A stretch of DNA of 63,218 nucleotides, taken from positions 1 through 63,218 of IMG/VR virus record IMGVR_UViG_3300010354_000088; one strand, written 5' to 3'. Shown piece by piece: positions 53,289-61,833 of this stretch. Every line of letters begins with the position of its first letter. Positions within the stretch are counted from its first letter, which is position 1. The notes beneath the pieces were generated by a model. That model was not told where the DNA came from, did no database searches, and saw nothing but the letters and a program-made list of their open reading frames with translations. The position numbers and the translations under genes were made by a program. The stretch is from a virus (taxonomy: Duplodnaviria; Caudoviricetes).

Positions 53289-53542
53289 GGCTTCAATTCC
53301 ATAGTAAGAAAACGACCCTTGCTGTAATCACCATGGTTGTTAATCCAATGACAATCTACACCAATAACAAAAGTCTTCCTTTTGCCAGAAATCTCTTTAC
53401 TGGTCTTTACAACCTGATCAACATACATCTTCCTGTCAGGATAATCCCTATGGTAAACCTCAGAACCAGTCTTGATCCAACGCTTATCCTCATTAAGGCT
53501 ATTACAGAAATTCTCCTCCTGCAATGTCTTTGTGTCTTTCAT
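53276..53542 (-). CDS. Small SH3-like (YodC/DUF2158-like) protein
   Basis: G.EV.H....KMYV...VDCHW....G.....F....L pattern. Confidence 0.45.
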   Translation of the reverse strand: MKDTKTLQEENFCNSLNEDKRWIKTGSEVYHRDYPDRKMYVDQVVKTSKEISGKRKTFVIGVDCHWINNHGDYSKGRFLTMELKPWQK

Positions 53543-53936
53543 AATCTATCTCTATGTTTATATAAACTCCAGGATTCTTCTTGTCATACCTGTAAGGCAA
53601 AAATACAGGAATTATCTCATCACAATTATCATCATCTATCCAACCATATCTAACCATCAAATCCTGAACCGTCTGAGCAGGATTAATATAATCAAACTTC
53701 CTATGGCTATCCCTCACAAACTCAAACTCAACAACCAAAGGCTTACCCATACCACTTATCAACCTACTGAAAAACTTGCCAGAAATAACCCAGGCAGCCT
53801 CAGTGGACTTAATGTAATTCATAGTCTGCTTAGAACTAATAACCAAAGTCCTAGATCCATGCCTTACAACCCTCTTGCTGTTCTTACTGCTAGGAACATT
53901 CCCAGGAATAAAAAAACTACGCTTATAAACCTTCAT
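53502..53936 (-). CDS. RusA-like Holliday junction resolvase
   Basis: IPGNVPSSKN, RKFDYINPAQTVQDLM and GWIDDDN acidic motifs. Confidence 0.75.
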   Translation of the reverse strand: MKVYKRSFFIPGNVPSSKNSKRVVRHGSRTLVISSKQTMNYIKSTEAAWVISGKFFSRLISGMGKPLVVEFEFVRDSHRKFDYINPAQTVQDLMVRYGWIDDDNCDEIIPVFLPYRYDKKNPGVYINIEIDYERHKDIAGGEFL

Positions 53937-54465
53937 CCTCAGAAATTAATCCACGCAATACATCACTAGTGTTATCCAATGCCTCATCAACCTTGCCATT
54001 ACTCCAATCATTAAGCCTGTCCAACATAGCATCTACCTTCTGCTGCCTTAGCCAATCGTACCTCTCAAACCTAGAATATAAAGCCCTGCCAGAATTAGTG
54101 TAACCACCATCCACATTACTAGATATATAACCGTAAACCGTACTGAAAAAAAGATCACTCGATATCAACCTCTCCTGCAACGAAAACAACCCCCCAGAAT
54201 TATAACTATCCACCAACCCCTTCATAACATCCCCAGAATAATTACCGCAAAATACCCCCCTGTCCTTCACAACATAATAACACCCATCCCAACCAGGACT
54301 AACAAAAAAACTAATAAAATTTTCAAAGGATTCGTAAAAACCAGGAGAATCAACCTCCGGCAAATCGTAAGAAACTGGGTCTCCACCCATATCATTCCCC
54401 GATAAATAACTGTAAGTAATGTAAGGGTACACACCCCCACTCATAGATGCATTCTCTTCTTTCAT
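53923..54465 (-). CDS. Hypothetical protein, first gene of the minus-strand module
   Basis: 180 aa, overlaps the RusA-like start, preceded by a promoter. Confidence 0.5.
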   Translation of the reverse strand: MKEENASMSGGVYPYITYSYLSGNDMGGDPVSYDLPEVDSPGFYESFENFISFFVSPGWDGCYYVVKDRGVFCGNYSGDVMKGLVDSYNSGGLFSLQERLISSDLFFSTVYGYISSNVDGGYTNSGRALYSRFERYDWLRQQKVDAMLDRLNDWSNGKVDEALDNTSDVLRGLISEDEGL

Positions 54466-54494
54466 AAATCTGTCCTTTAAGGTTTCTGTTTATA

Positions 54495-54526
54495 CAAACA
54501 TAAACACTTATACCCATACCCCCAAA
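54495..54526 (-). promoter_or_regulatory. Bacteroidota consensus promoter TTTG-20 nt-TATGTTTG
   Basis: -33 TTTG at 54523-54526 and -7 TAnnTTTG at 54495-54502 with canonical spacing, 30 nt upstream of the ATG at 54465. Confidence 0.65.
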
Positions 54527-54578
54527 TAATATCCCCACCCTTTTATTAACACCCCGATACCCCCATACCCCATACCCC
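54513..54578 (-). repeat. Tandem ATACCCC-type repeats forming G-tract clusters on the minus strand
   Basis: CCC-ATA-CCCCC-9nt-CCCC-A-CCC and CCCC-GATA-CCCCC-ATA-CCCC-ATA-CCCC. Confidence 0.8.
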
Positions 54579-54659
54579 TAATTTCTATTCGAGGCTATAC
54601 CTTTAGGAACCATCCTACTCTACTCCCCCCTATGCCTTAACCAATAAAAACAAAACAAA

Positions 54660-54962
54660 ATGAAACTATCAAAGAATTACAGCCAGGTGACAACAGTGTC
54701 TAAATCAGTTGTAGCACAAGCGAAGGAACAATCTTTTGCAGTAGGTAATGAAAACTACAGCAAACAAGAGTGTCTAATCAAGTTAGGTGCAAACAATACT
54801 GATAGTAGTAAGGTAATGGTGTTCTTATACTTTAAAGGACAGAAGACATTTATCACATCAGTAGCTAATCTACCACAGAATCTACTGATAGAGAAGGGAG
54901 AAGGATATGAAGTAGTAGAAAAGACAGTATTGGAAATCAAGGAAGGGAAAATCCTTTCTTAA
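54660..54962 (+). CDS. Hypothetical protein, first plus-strand gene
   Basis: 100 aa with an A-rich leader, followed by a terminator. Confidence 0.65.
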   Translation: MKLSKNYSQVTTVSKSVVAQAKEQSFAVGNENYSKQECLIKLGANNTDSSKVMVFLYFKGQKTFITSVANLPQNLLIEKGEGYEVVEKTVLEIKEGKILS

Positions 54963-54965
54963 ATT

Positions 54966-54990
54966 AAAGGGGAGAAATCCCCTTTTTTTT
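54966..54990 (+). terminator. Rho-independent terminator
   Basis: AAAGGGGA-GAAA-TCCCCTTT hairpin with a T8 tract. Confidence 0.85.
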
Positions 54991-55118
54991 AAAAATCTGT
55001 TTAAATGGAAAGAATAGTACTAGGTTGTTGTATGTAAATAGTAATATATATAGCAACAGGGAATTTTGCATTTGTTCCACGAATTAAATAAGTGTTTCAC
55101 AAACTAAACTAACTAGAT

Positions 55119-55325
55119 ATGGAAAATACAATAACAGAACAAAGCCAGTTAATCGAATAGATAAAAGACTTCATGAAAGATAAAGTTAACTCTTATGACA
55201 GTAGTCATAATGAGAAAGCCTATTGGTCATGTAGAGATGCTTTGAATTTAGCTCTAAGTACAGATGATTTAAAAACTGTAAGAATAGCTAGGTCTTTATT
55301 TGAAAGATATAAATGGTATTTGTAA
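55119..55325 (+). pseudogene. Small ORF with an in-frame TAG at codon 14 (or a 50-aa CDS from ATG 55173)
   Basis: MENTITEQSQLIE*IKDFMKDKVNSY...RYKWYL; followed by a GGGGC-TTAG-GCTCC hairpin and T tract. Confidence 0.4.
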
Positions 55326-55340
55326 GGGGGCTTAGGCTCC

Positions 55341-55448
55341 ATTTTTAATGCACCATAACTCACTTCCCAAGGGTGAGCAGTTGTAAAGTATGGTCATGCG
55401 AACAGTGTGGCTGCCATTCCAGAAATACAACTGAGTGCAGAGGGGATT
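55341..55448 (+). ncRNA. Twister-like self-cleaving ribozyme (type P1) candidate
   Basis: UAA-UGCA(P2)-CC...CUCAC-UUCCCAAGG-GUGAG(P4)-CAGUUGUA...UACAACUG(P5)-AG-UGCA-GA-GGG; both pseudoknots can pair; P1 is weak. Confidence 0.7.
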
Positions 55449-55552
55449 AGTCAGGTGGCGGAATGGGTTGTCCGCAATTGGGTACACAATGAGAGCGTGG
55501 GCTAAGGTACACAGGCGTAGCTCTTCAACAGGTTCGAATCCTGTCCTGACTA
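55449..55552 (+). tRNA. tRNA-like element with non-canonical anticodon arm and oversized variable region
   Basis: Acceptor stem AGTCAGG/CCTGACT, TGGCGGAATGG D-arm (GCGG/CCGC) and T-arm ACAGG-TTCGAAT-CCTGT; no assignable anticodon. Confidence 0.7.
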
Positions 55553-55606
55553 CTAAACAATTAAATATTAAAACAATATATAAACCAAAAACCAAAAACA
55601 AACAAT

Positions 55607-55918
55607 ATGAAAACCACAGTAACAGTTATTCTATATTCATCTCATGCAGAGATGATCGCACCATATGTTTGCGGAGATCGAGTGCAATTTAGGCGATATG
55701 TAGGTTACTGCGAATGCAGTGACGGAGGTAAAAATAGAAATTATGTGTTTGAAGGTTACACTAATGAGCCTTCATACACAATTAGAGACGTATTTGAACG
55801 TCTAAACGACACCATCAATGTAAGAGAACTCGTCTTTGAGGGAATAGACGAATTACCTATCTGCGGTGACGCAGACTTTCAGGTAGGAAAGGGAATTTAC
55901 TCTCTAACATGGGGGTAA
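55607..55918 (+). CDS. Hypothetical protein
   Basis: 103 aa with an A-rich leader. Confidence 0.6.
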   Translation: MKTTVTVILYSSHAEMIAPYVCGDRVQFRRYVGYCECSDGGKNRNYVFEGYTNEPSYTIRDVFERLNDTINVRELVFEGIDELPICGDADFQVGKGIYSLTWG

Positions 55919-55919
55919 T

Positions 55920-56003
55920 ATGAAAACAAGATATGTGATAACTAGTATATGGATTATATATTTATTGGCCGTTGTAATGACGGCAATAGCGTATTACTGG
56001 TGA
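55920..56003 (+). CDS. 27-aa hydrophobic peptide
   Basis: MKTRYVITSIWIIYLLAVVMTAIAYYW; starts 1 nt after the previous stop and ends at a terminator hairpin. Confidence 0.5.
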   Translation: MKTRYVITSIWIIYLLAVVMTAIAYYW

Positions 56004-56004
56004 C

Positions 56005-56045
56005 AAAAAACCCGGATTATATTATATATTTTCCGGGTTTTTTTT
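56005..56045 (+). terminator. Terminator-like inverted repeat, possibly bidirectional
   Basis: AAAAAACCCGGA...TCCGGGTTTTTTTT. Confidence 0.65.
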
Positions 56046-56074
56046 ACCAATTTGTTACACAAAAAAATATTAAA

Positions 56075-56251
56075 ATGGACAAGAAAATCAATAGAAAAAT
56101 TAATAAATCCATAGATAAACTCAACAATAAGTTGAGAAAAGAAGGATTTAAAAATGGTATAGTGTACCATTTTAGAATGACTGATTCTTATATCAGACGT
56201 ATCCAATTATTGTGTAGATTAAGAGATAATCTAGACAGTTATGATACATGA
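56075..56251 (+). CDS. Small basic hypothetical protein
   Basis: Start reassigned to MDKKINRK because the longer frame crosses the terminator. Confidence 0.5.
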   Translation: MDKKINRKINKSIDKLNNKLRKEGFKNGIVYHFRMTDSYIRRIQLLCRLRDNLDSYDT

Positions 56252-56435
56252 AATTAAGCAGGTTATTTGGGTAACTACTCCACATGGTGATGGTCAAGCT
56301 CTGTTCATTATAGACTATGGGCCACATGAAAACACTATATGGGTAGTTGCCTTAGAATGTGACGGCAGGGTGTTACATTACAACTCTAATCAAATAAGGT
56401 TATGTAAAAACGATACATTTAATATAAACTTATAG
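56241..56435 (+). CDS. Hypothetical phage protein
   Basis: 64 aa (WVTTPHGDGQALFIIDYG), packed in the operon. Confidence 0.6.
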   Translation: MIHEIKQVIWVTTPHGDGQALFIIDYGPHENTIWVVALECDGRVLHYNSNQIRLCKNDTFNINL

Positions 56436-56439
56436 TATC

Positions 56440-56718
56440 ATGAGAGTTATATGCATCAACGACAAAGACCGGCCTAATGAGATTCCTACATCTAAATGGA
56501 TAGTCAAAGACAGGATCTATACTATTGTTAAAGTATGGCATATCAGGCAAAGACCTGGTACATATGGTGTAGAGTTAGCAGAGATAGATCTGTCAGTTTG
56601 CTTTCCATATCTGTACTTCTCAGCAAATAGATTTGCTCCTGTTATGTCTAATAAGGATATAGAAGCCATCCTTGAAAAGGCTTTAGAAGAACAAGAACTA
56701 ATACAAGAAACAACATGA
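56440..56718 (+). CDS. Hypothetical phage protein
   Basis: 92 aa, MRVICIND...RF SH3-like pattern. Confidence 0.65.
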   Translation: MRVICINDKDRPNEIPTSKWIVKDRIYTIVKVWHIRQRPGTYGVELAEIDLSVCFPYLYFSANRFAPVMSNKDIEAILEKALEEQELIQETT

Positions 56719-56987
56719 ACGAAGAGTATTTAGTGTTAATGGATGCATCTCAAGATGAAATTCATAAAAACAATCAAGGAAGAAAGAATGATGAAACTTC
56801 TTTGAAAATACAAGAACTAATTTCCAATATGGAAGTAGGACAGAAGTTTTATATTACATCCGAATATAAGTCTCGAACCGTCACTTATCTTACAAGGAAC
56901 TTCCATAAAGTTGAGGGTAATGAAAGATATTACAAAGTAAAACAAATATTAAAAGGACAAAAATATGCTGTCATTAGAATCCGCTAA
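56715..56987 (+). CDS. Hypothetical protein, possible small DNA-binding protein
   Basis: ATGA overlap with the previous gene; NMEVGQKFYI...VIRIR. Confidence 0.55.
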   Translation: MNEEYLVLMDASQDEIHKNNQGRKNDETSLKIQELISNMEVGQKFYITSEYKSRTVTYLTRNFHKVEGNERYYKVKQILKGQKYAVIRIR

Positions 56988-57076
56988 ATTGTATATAACA
57001 TACAAGTGTATATTAAAACGATCTATAAGAGAGTTTCAATACCTTGGAACTAAACTTAAATCACAGCCAGATAAAT

Positions 57077-57376
57077 ATGCCATATGGTGTAAGGTGGCAC
57101 AAACAATTTAATCCAATATCTATGTACAACTCATATAAAGAAATAAATGACCTTGAATCTGAGGTCAAGAAATATACAGATACAAAGATTATGTCTCTAA
57201 TTGAAAAAGAATCAGAAACATTCCAAGTATATGTAGAGAAAATTAGAGCTGAAATATTTCAGAGAACAGGAGATATTACAGTTAGCGTGCATGGACAAAT
57301 AGCTGATGAGATACATTTAATTGTATTAAAAGAAGTATCAAGGCGATGGGTAATACTAAAAGAATGCATCGAGTAG
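57077..57376 (+). CDS. Hypothetical protein (start uncertain)
   Basis: Helical ORF overlapping the next gene. Confidence 0.5.
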   Translation: MPYGVRWHKQFNPISMYNSYKEINDLESEVKKYTDTKIMSLIEKESETFQVYVEKIRAEIFQRTGDITVSVHGQIADEIHLIVLKEVSRRWVILKECIE

Positions 57377-58221
57377 ATAGAAAGTCTGTAATTATACGTC
57401 CTAGTGGTCGCAGTACAGATTATATATCTCCCAGCTTTGGATATGGATGCGTGTTTAATTGCAGCTATTGTTATATGAAAAGACATAAACCAATAGGTCT
57501 TGACATAGCGGACAATACAGAACACATACTGTCTGAAATATATAGCCATTCTATGTTTGCTGATGTATCTAAGCCAAATCAGACACATGAGAAATATATC
57601 ACATATGATATCTCATGCAATGAAGATTTCTCAGCTCACCTTAAATACCATAACTGGAATAAGATATTCAGGTTCTTTATGGATAATGACCATATTATGG
57701 GCAGCTTTGCCACTAAATATGCCAACAAAGACCTGTTGTTCTTTAATCCTCAACGTAAGATAAGGGTAAGAATGAGTTTGATGCCTCAGATATATTCACA
57801 TGCATTAGAACCAAACACAACTAGCATAAAGGATAGAATATCATTCATCAACAGCCTTTATGAAGCTGGATATGATGTGCATATTAACTTTTCTCCTGTA
57901 ATAGTTTATGATAATTGGCTTGAACACTATGAACAACTGTTTGTGGATGTAAACAAAATAGTCAAAGACAATTACAAAGAACATGTTAAAGCAGAAGTCA
58001 TATTCCTGACTCACAACAAGAACAAACATGAATACAATCTGAATAACAATATCTCCGGCGAATATCTATTACATAATCCTGATATACAGGAAGACAAGAT
58101 ATCTCAATATGGAGGTAATAACATCAGATATAAAGCTTCTCTAAAAGCTAAATACATTAAAAGCTTTATTGATATTCATGATAAGATTATTCCTTGGAAC
58201 AAAATAAGATACATCTTTTAA
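57346..58221 (+). CDS. Radical SAM protein, spore photoproduct lyase-like
   Basis: GYGCVFNCSYCYM (CxxxCxxC), SFATK, RVRMSL and AGYDVHINFSPVI are SPL-family-like motifs. Confidence 0.8.
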   Translation: MGNTKRMHRVDRKSVIIRPSGRSTDYISPSFGYGCVFNCSYCYMKRHKPIGLDIADNTEHILSEIYSHSMFADVSKPNQTHEKYITYDISCNEDFSAHLKYHNWNKIFRFFMDNDHIMGSFATKYANKDLLFFNPQRKIRVRMSLMPQIYSHALEPNTTSIKDRISFINSLYEAGYDVHINFSPVIVYDNWLEHYEQLFVDVNKIVKDNYKEHVKAEVIFLTHNKNKHEYNLNNNISGEYLLHNPDIQEDKISQYGGNNIRYKASLKAKYIKSFIDIHDKIIPWNKIRYIF

Positions 58222-58223
58222 CA

Positions 58224-58418
58224 ATGAAATACTCAATCTTTTCATTTGCAATATTCTTTTTATTGCTATTCTGTATTCTTAGATATGGATCAAGAAACAG
58301 AGATAAACCAAAAACTATTCCCATTTATTACAAATATAAAATAGACTCAGTGGATAGATATCATGTAGATTCAACAGGTAAATATTTATTGAGATACAAC
58401 GGAGACACTGTTAAATAA
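58224..58418 (+). CDS. Small membrane-anchored protein
   Basis: N-terminal hydrophobic helix MKYSIFSFAIFFLLLFCIL. Confidence 0.5.
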   Translation: MKYSIFSFAIFFLLLFCILRYGSRNRDKPKTIPIYYKYKIDSVDRYHVDSTGKYLLRYNGDTVK

Positions 58419-58434
58419 TATAAAAAAAACAAAT

Positions 58435-59463
58435 ATGGAATTAGTTATGCAAAAAGATATAAATGATTGTTTTGAAAAAACTTTCGCTTCTTTCGGTGTT
58501 ATGATAGAAGAAATAAAATCAAGAAAGTCTAATGATGTGATGCTTAAAAATCACAGCATTACTGTTCTAGACTCTATATACAGGTCTATACAAAATATTG
58601 AAGTCTTAAATGTAAAATTTGATTTAGGAATGTATATGACTTCATTTAGAAACTATATTAACAATAAGATAGGAAATGAGATCTCAAGTCTTATTGAAGA
58701 CAGATTAGAAGAAATCATCAATAATGTGTCAAACATTTATTTTAAATATTGTTCAGACAAAACAAATGAAGTTTATGTTCTTGATTTTAATAATATCATT
58801 GATATTGCTCCTGTAATAAAAACTAATGATGGAAAATCTAACATCATTGGTATGATATTTTATAATAGTAAAATTAATAAATACAATGTCATGCCTTGTT
58901 TGGAAGAAATTCCATATATCAATGTATTTAACAAATCAAGTCTTAAATTTTATGAATCTCTTACATATGAAAATGATATTTCAGGAGATCCTGATATGTC
59001 AATATTTGAAAGAAAAATGATTTCACATTACATTTTAAGTAAAGACGCAAATGTAGATTTCATATATAATCTATATTCATCATCTTTATTTCCAAATTGG
59101 CTGTATTCTATTGTTGACAGAATAGCATTTGAAAATGCTTGTGCATCTGATTTGTATGATGGAGAAGAACATGTTGTAAGAAAAAAGGTTCGTGATGAGT
59201 ACGATTATTACAATAATCAGATTATGATGAATGTAGGCAGTTTAAATGAATCTAATAGTGATTTAATTAGAGATATTTCACAATATAAATTGCAACTGCA
59301 TCCCAAAGGAGATCCTATGTTTACAAAAGTTAATGAAATTACAACGGGATTTGCAGACAAAAACAGTGCAATGATGTATTTGTACAGCCTTAACATGAAA
59401 ATTGTAGCAGACAAATACTCAAACAAAGCATCCGGATTTATCAACGACATATTAAACTTCTAA
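58435..59463 (+). CDS. Hypothetical protein
   Basis: 342-aa AT-rich ORF. Confidence 0.65.
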   Translation: MELVMQKDINDCFEKTFASFGVMIEEIKSRKSNDVMLKNHSITVLDSIYRSIQNIEVLNVKFDLGMYMTSFRNYINNKIGNEISSLIEDRLEEIINNVSNIYFKYCSDKTNEVYVLDFNNIIDIAPVIKTNDGKSNIIGMIFYNSKINKYNVMPCLEEIPYINVFNKSSLKFYESLTYENDISGDPDMSIFERKMISHYILSKDANVDFIYNLYSSSLFPNWLYSIVDRIAFENACASDLYDGEEHVVRKKVRDEYDYYNNQIMMNVGSLNESNSDLIRDISQYKLQLHPKGDPMFTKVNEITTGFADKNSAMMYLYSLNMKIVADKYSNKASGFINDILNF

Positions 59464-59475
59464 ATCAAAAACAAA

Positions 59476-60579
59476 ATGACAACTGTAATAATTATTCTTT
59501 TCTTCGCTTCAATTTGCATTCTTTTGGTGTCAGGCAAATTATTGTTTAATGCAAGAAAAAGCCTGCAAAATTCAAAAAACATATTGCAATCTTCTGAGTT
59601 TTCTTTAATGTCATCTATTGAAAGAAGCAAACAAGCAGCCTTACTTGTTGAAGAAGCGAAAAAAATAAATTCTGATTCAAAAAATGATAATCAGGATAAA
59701 TCAAGAGTAGAAATGATAAAGTTCTATTCTGAATATTCAAATAATCTTGAGGATGAAATAATGAGACAGATTGATAAAAAATCTAATCATATATCAAATG
59801 TAATCAATATGTTTAAAGACAAAGATGACAGTGAAATATCAAAAGAAAATGTTAATATGATAATTGATATTATAACAGATTTTCTTGAAAGTCATGTCAA
59901 TTTTGACAATCTGAAGATTTCTTTGATTACAAATCAGATGAATTTCATCAAAGCAAGAATGGAAGACAGAAAAAGTAAAAACATGGATATATCAGAAGAG
60001 TTAAAATATTATGATATGTCTAAAGAACTTATGGATTCAATGAAAAATACAACAAATGCATTGAAGTCTAAGATTGATAAAATAAATAATTATTGCAGAG
60101 AAGAAAATAATTTAGATTTATTAACTAATCTTTTAACAGATATAATTGATCTCCGTAAAAATGGAGTTTTTAACTCAAATAAATCTGAAGATAATTCTTA
60201 TTCAGTTAAAAATATAGACAAAACATTAAGATTTAAAACTCAGGAAGAATTTAAAAAAACTCTTGATAACAGTAAATCTTTTGATATTAATAATTCAGAA
60301 AGAGCTAATCTTCAAATATTCTTAACTACTATCAATAATCTTATTGAAAGCAAATGTGAAGAAAACGAAAAGTGGGTAGAAGCTTTGAATATGATTCCGG
60401 ATGTAATGAATGATGAAGATTTAAAGATCTGGAGTATTTATTACGATAGTGTTCTGTCTTCAGAAAAATACAAGAAGTTCACATCTGAAAATTACCCTAA
60501 TTTAACGAACACAGAAAAATGGGTTTTTAATAGTATTATGAAAATTGAAAATTCAATTAAATCTAAAAACAATGGCTAA
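59476..60579 (+). CDS. Membrane-anchored coiled-coil protein
   Basis: N-terminal TM segment and a long helical body. Confidence 0.65.
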   Translation: MTTVIIILFFASICILLVSGKLLFNARKSLQNSKNILQSSEFSLMSSIERSKQAALLVEEAKKINSDSKNDNQDKSRVEMIKFYSEYSNNLEDEIMRQIDKKSNHISNVINMFKDKDDSEISKENVNMIIDIITDFLESHVNFDNLKISLITNQMNFIKARMEDRKSKNMDISEELKYYDMSKELMDSMKNTTNALKSKIDKINNYCREENNLDLLTNLLTDIIDLRKNGVFNSNKSEDNSYSVKNIDKTLRFKTQEEFKKTLDNSKSFDINNSERANLQIFLTTINNLIESKCEENEKWVEALNMIPDVMNDEDLKIWSIYYDSVLSSEKYKKFTSENYPNLTNTEKWVFNSIMKIENSIKSKNNG

Positions 60580-60802
60580 TAAAATATTCAAAGCCACTTA
60601 TGTATTTGGTGGCGAATGGATTGACAAAAAGCTTGTTAATTCAAAGAAAATAGTTGTAGATTTCAATCTTCATGAAATTCAAAAATATGGAGTTACAAAT
60701 GTTATAAAATACTATGCTAAACGATATAACATTGGAGAAAACAAATACAACTGTTACATAGAAAATTTTGGTAAATCAGATAAAACAAAACCTAAATATT
60801 AA
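60572..60802 (+). CDS. Hypothetical protein
   Basis: Likely start MANKIFK overlaps the previous stop. Confidence 0.5.
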   Translation: MANKIFKATYVFGGEWIDKKLVNSKKIVVDFNLHEIQKYGVTNVIKYYAKRYNIGENKYNCYIENFGKSDKTKPKY

Positions 60803-60806
60803 AAAT

Positions 60807-61832
60807 ATGATAAACGAAAGCTATTACAATAATCCTGAATTTATTGTTGAAAAGAATAAATCTATAGGATTTGATATAAACTCAAAGCAATATAAAATGT
60901 TTAAGCTTCACACATTTATGTCTTTGACAAATGGATTTATAAAAGAATCTATAAGACAGGAAAAAGATATGATTGGTATGTGTGCTGTATTTTATATTCC
61001 TAAAGATCAGAAGGAATTTGAAATAAAAGCTATGGGCAATGTATTAAGCATCAATTTGGATAAATATGTTAATACTTTTCAAAACTATAAAATGGTTAAT
61101 GCTTTTATTCCTTTTGAAAATGACATGTTTAATGATGATGTTGTTGAGAAAGCTTCAAAGTTATTTTGCTTTGAAAACAATCCATTTGCAATAGCAATAT
61201 TAAGAAAAGCAACGAGCAATGTAGTAGTTGAAGGTACAAATATTGAAGTTGAAATTCCCAATGTTATGAATCATTACATAGAATATAGTGATGCTAGTTT
61301 TAATATGTTTTCTTTTTGCAACACTTCTTGTAACGAACTTAATTCATACAAAAAAAGATTTTATGACAAAGGTTCTTCTATTAATGACATATCAGACATG
61401 TCTAGTGATTCTATAAGTTATTTCATTGATTGTTGTAAAGACACAAAATCTGGAATAAACAACAAGTATTTACCTATTCCTGTTGGCATCTATGCTATCT
61501 TAAATAACATGTTTGATTCTGTTGATTTAGACAAGAGATTAAATCTTCAAAAAATGATGGATGGACAATATCCGGTATTCAATGGTGAATTTGCTCATGA
61601 AGTAAACAATTTAAAAGAAGATTTTACAAATCTGGACAGACTTATAGATTTAATGAATGTAATGTGCATAAAAGTTTATGGTGATTCACATGTAAAAATA
61701 AAAGACAGCAACAGCGATTTAAGCACTAATTACAATGGTTTTTATTTGTATGAAAATGCTGATAAAAAAATCGTTAACAATATATCTGATGATCTAAATA
61801 ATCTATTAACGGACTTCTTAAAAAATCTGTAA
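60807..61832 (+). CDS. Hypothetical protein
   Basis: Long AT-rich ORF, likely start MINESYY. Confidence 0.65.
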   Translation: MINESYYNNPEFIVEKNKSIGFDINSKQYKMFKLHTFMSLTNGFIKESIRQEKDMIGMCAVFYIPKDQKEFEIKAMGNVLSINLDKYVNTFQNYKMVNAFIPFENDMFNDDVVEKASKLFCFENNPFAIAILRKATSNVVVEGTNIEVEIPNVMNHYIEYSDASFNMFSFCNTSCNELNSYKKRFYDKGSSINDISDMSSDSISYFIDCCKDTKSGINNKYLPIPVGIYAILNNMFDSVDLDKRLNLQKMMDGQYPVFNGEFAHEVNNLKEDFTNLDRLIDLMNVMCIKVYGDSHVKIKDSNSDLSTNYNGFYLYENADKKIVNNISDDLNNLLTDFLKNL

Positions 61833-61833
61833 T

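Noticed and set aside
8350-53969. Many short plus-strand ORFs in the supplied track
   Set aside because: They are antisense shadows of well-supported minus-strand genes and lack protein-like composition.
55341-55448. Hammerhead or HDV/theta ribozyme interpretation
   Set aside because: There is no CUGANGA/GAAA core in the right arrangement, and the element lies 5' of the tRNA-like RNA; twister topology fits better.
55332-55692. ORFs 55332..55601 (-) and 55435..55692 (+)
   Set aside because: They overlap the ribozyme and tRNA-like structures; VVRTGFEPV is simply the antisense reading of a T-arm.
55949-56074. N-terminal extension of ORF 55949..56251
   Set aside because: It crosses a terminator-like hairpin and overlaps the 27-aa peptide ORF; ATG 56075 is the more plausible start.
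56988-57043. Possible additional attC-like site (TTGTAT-ATAAC-ATACAA hairpin)
   Set aside because: The hairpin is short and AT-rich, with no closing GTTRRRY.
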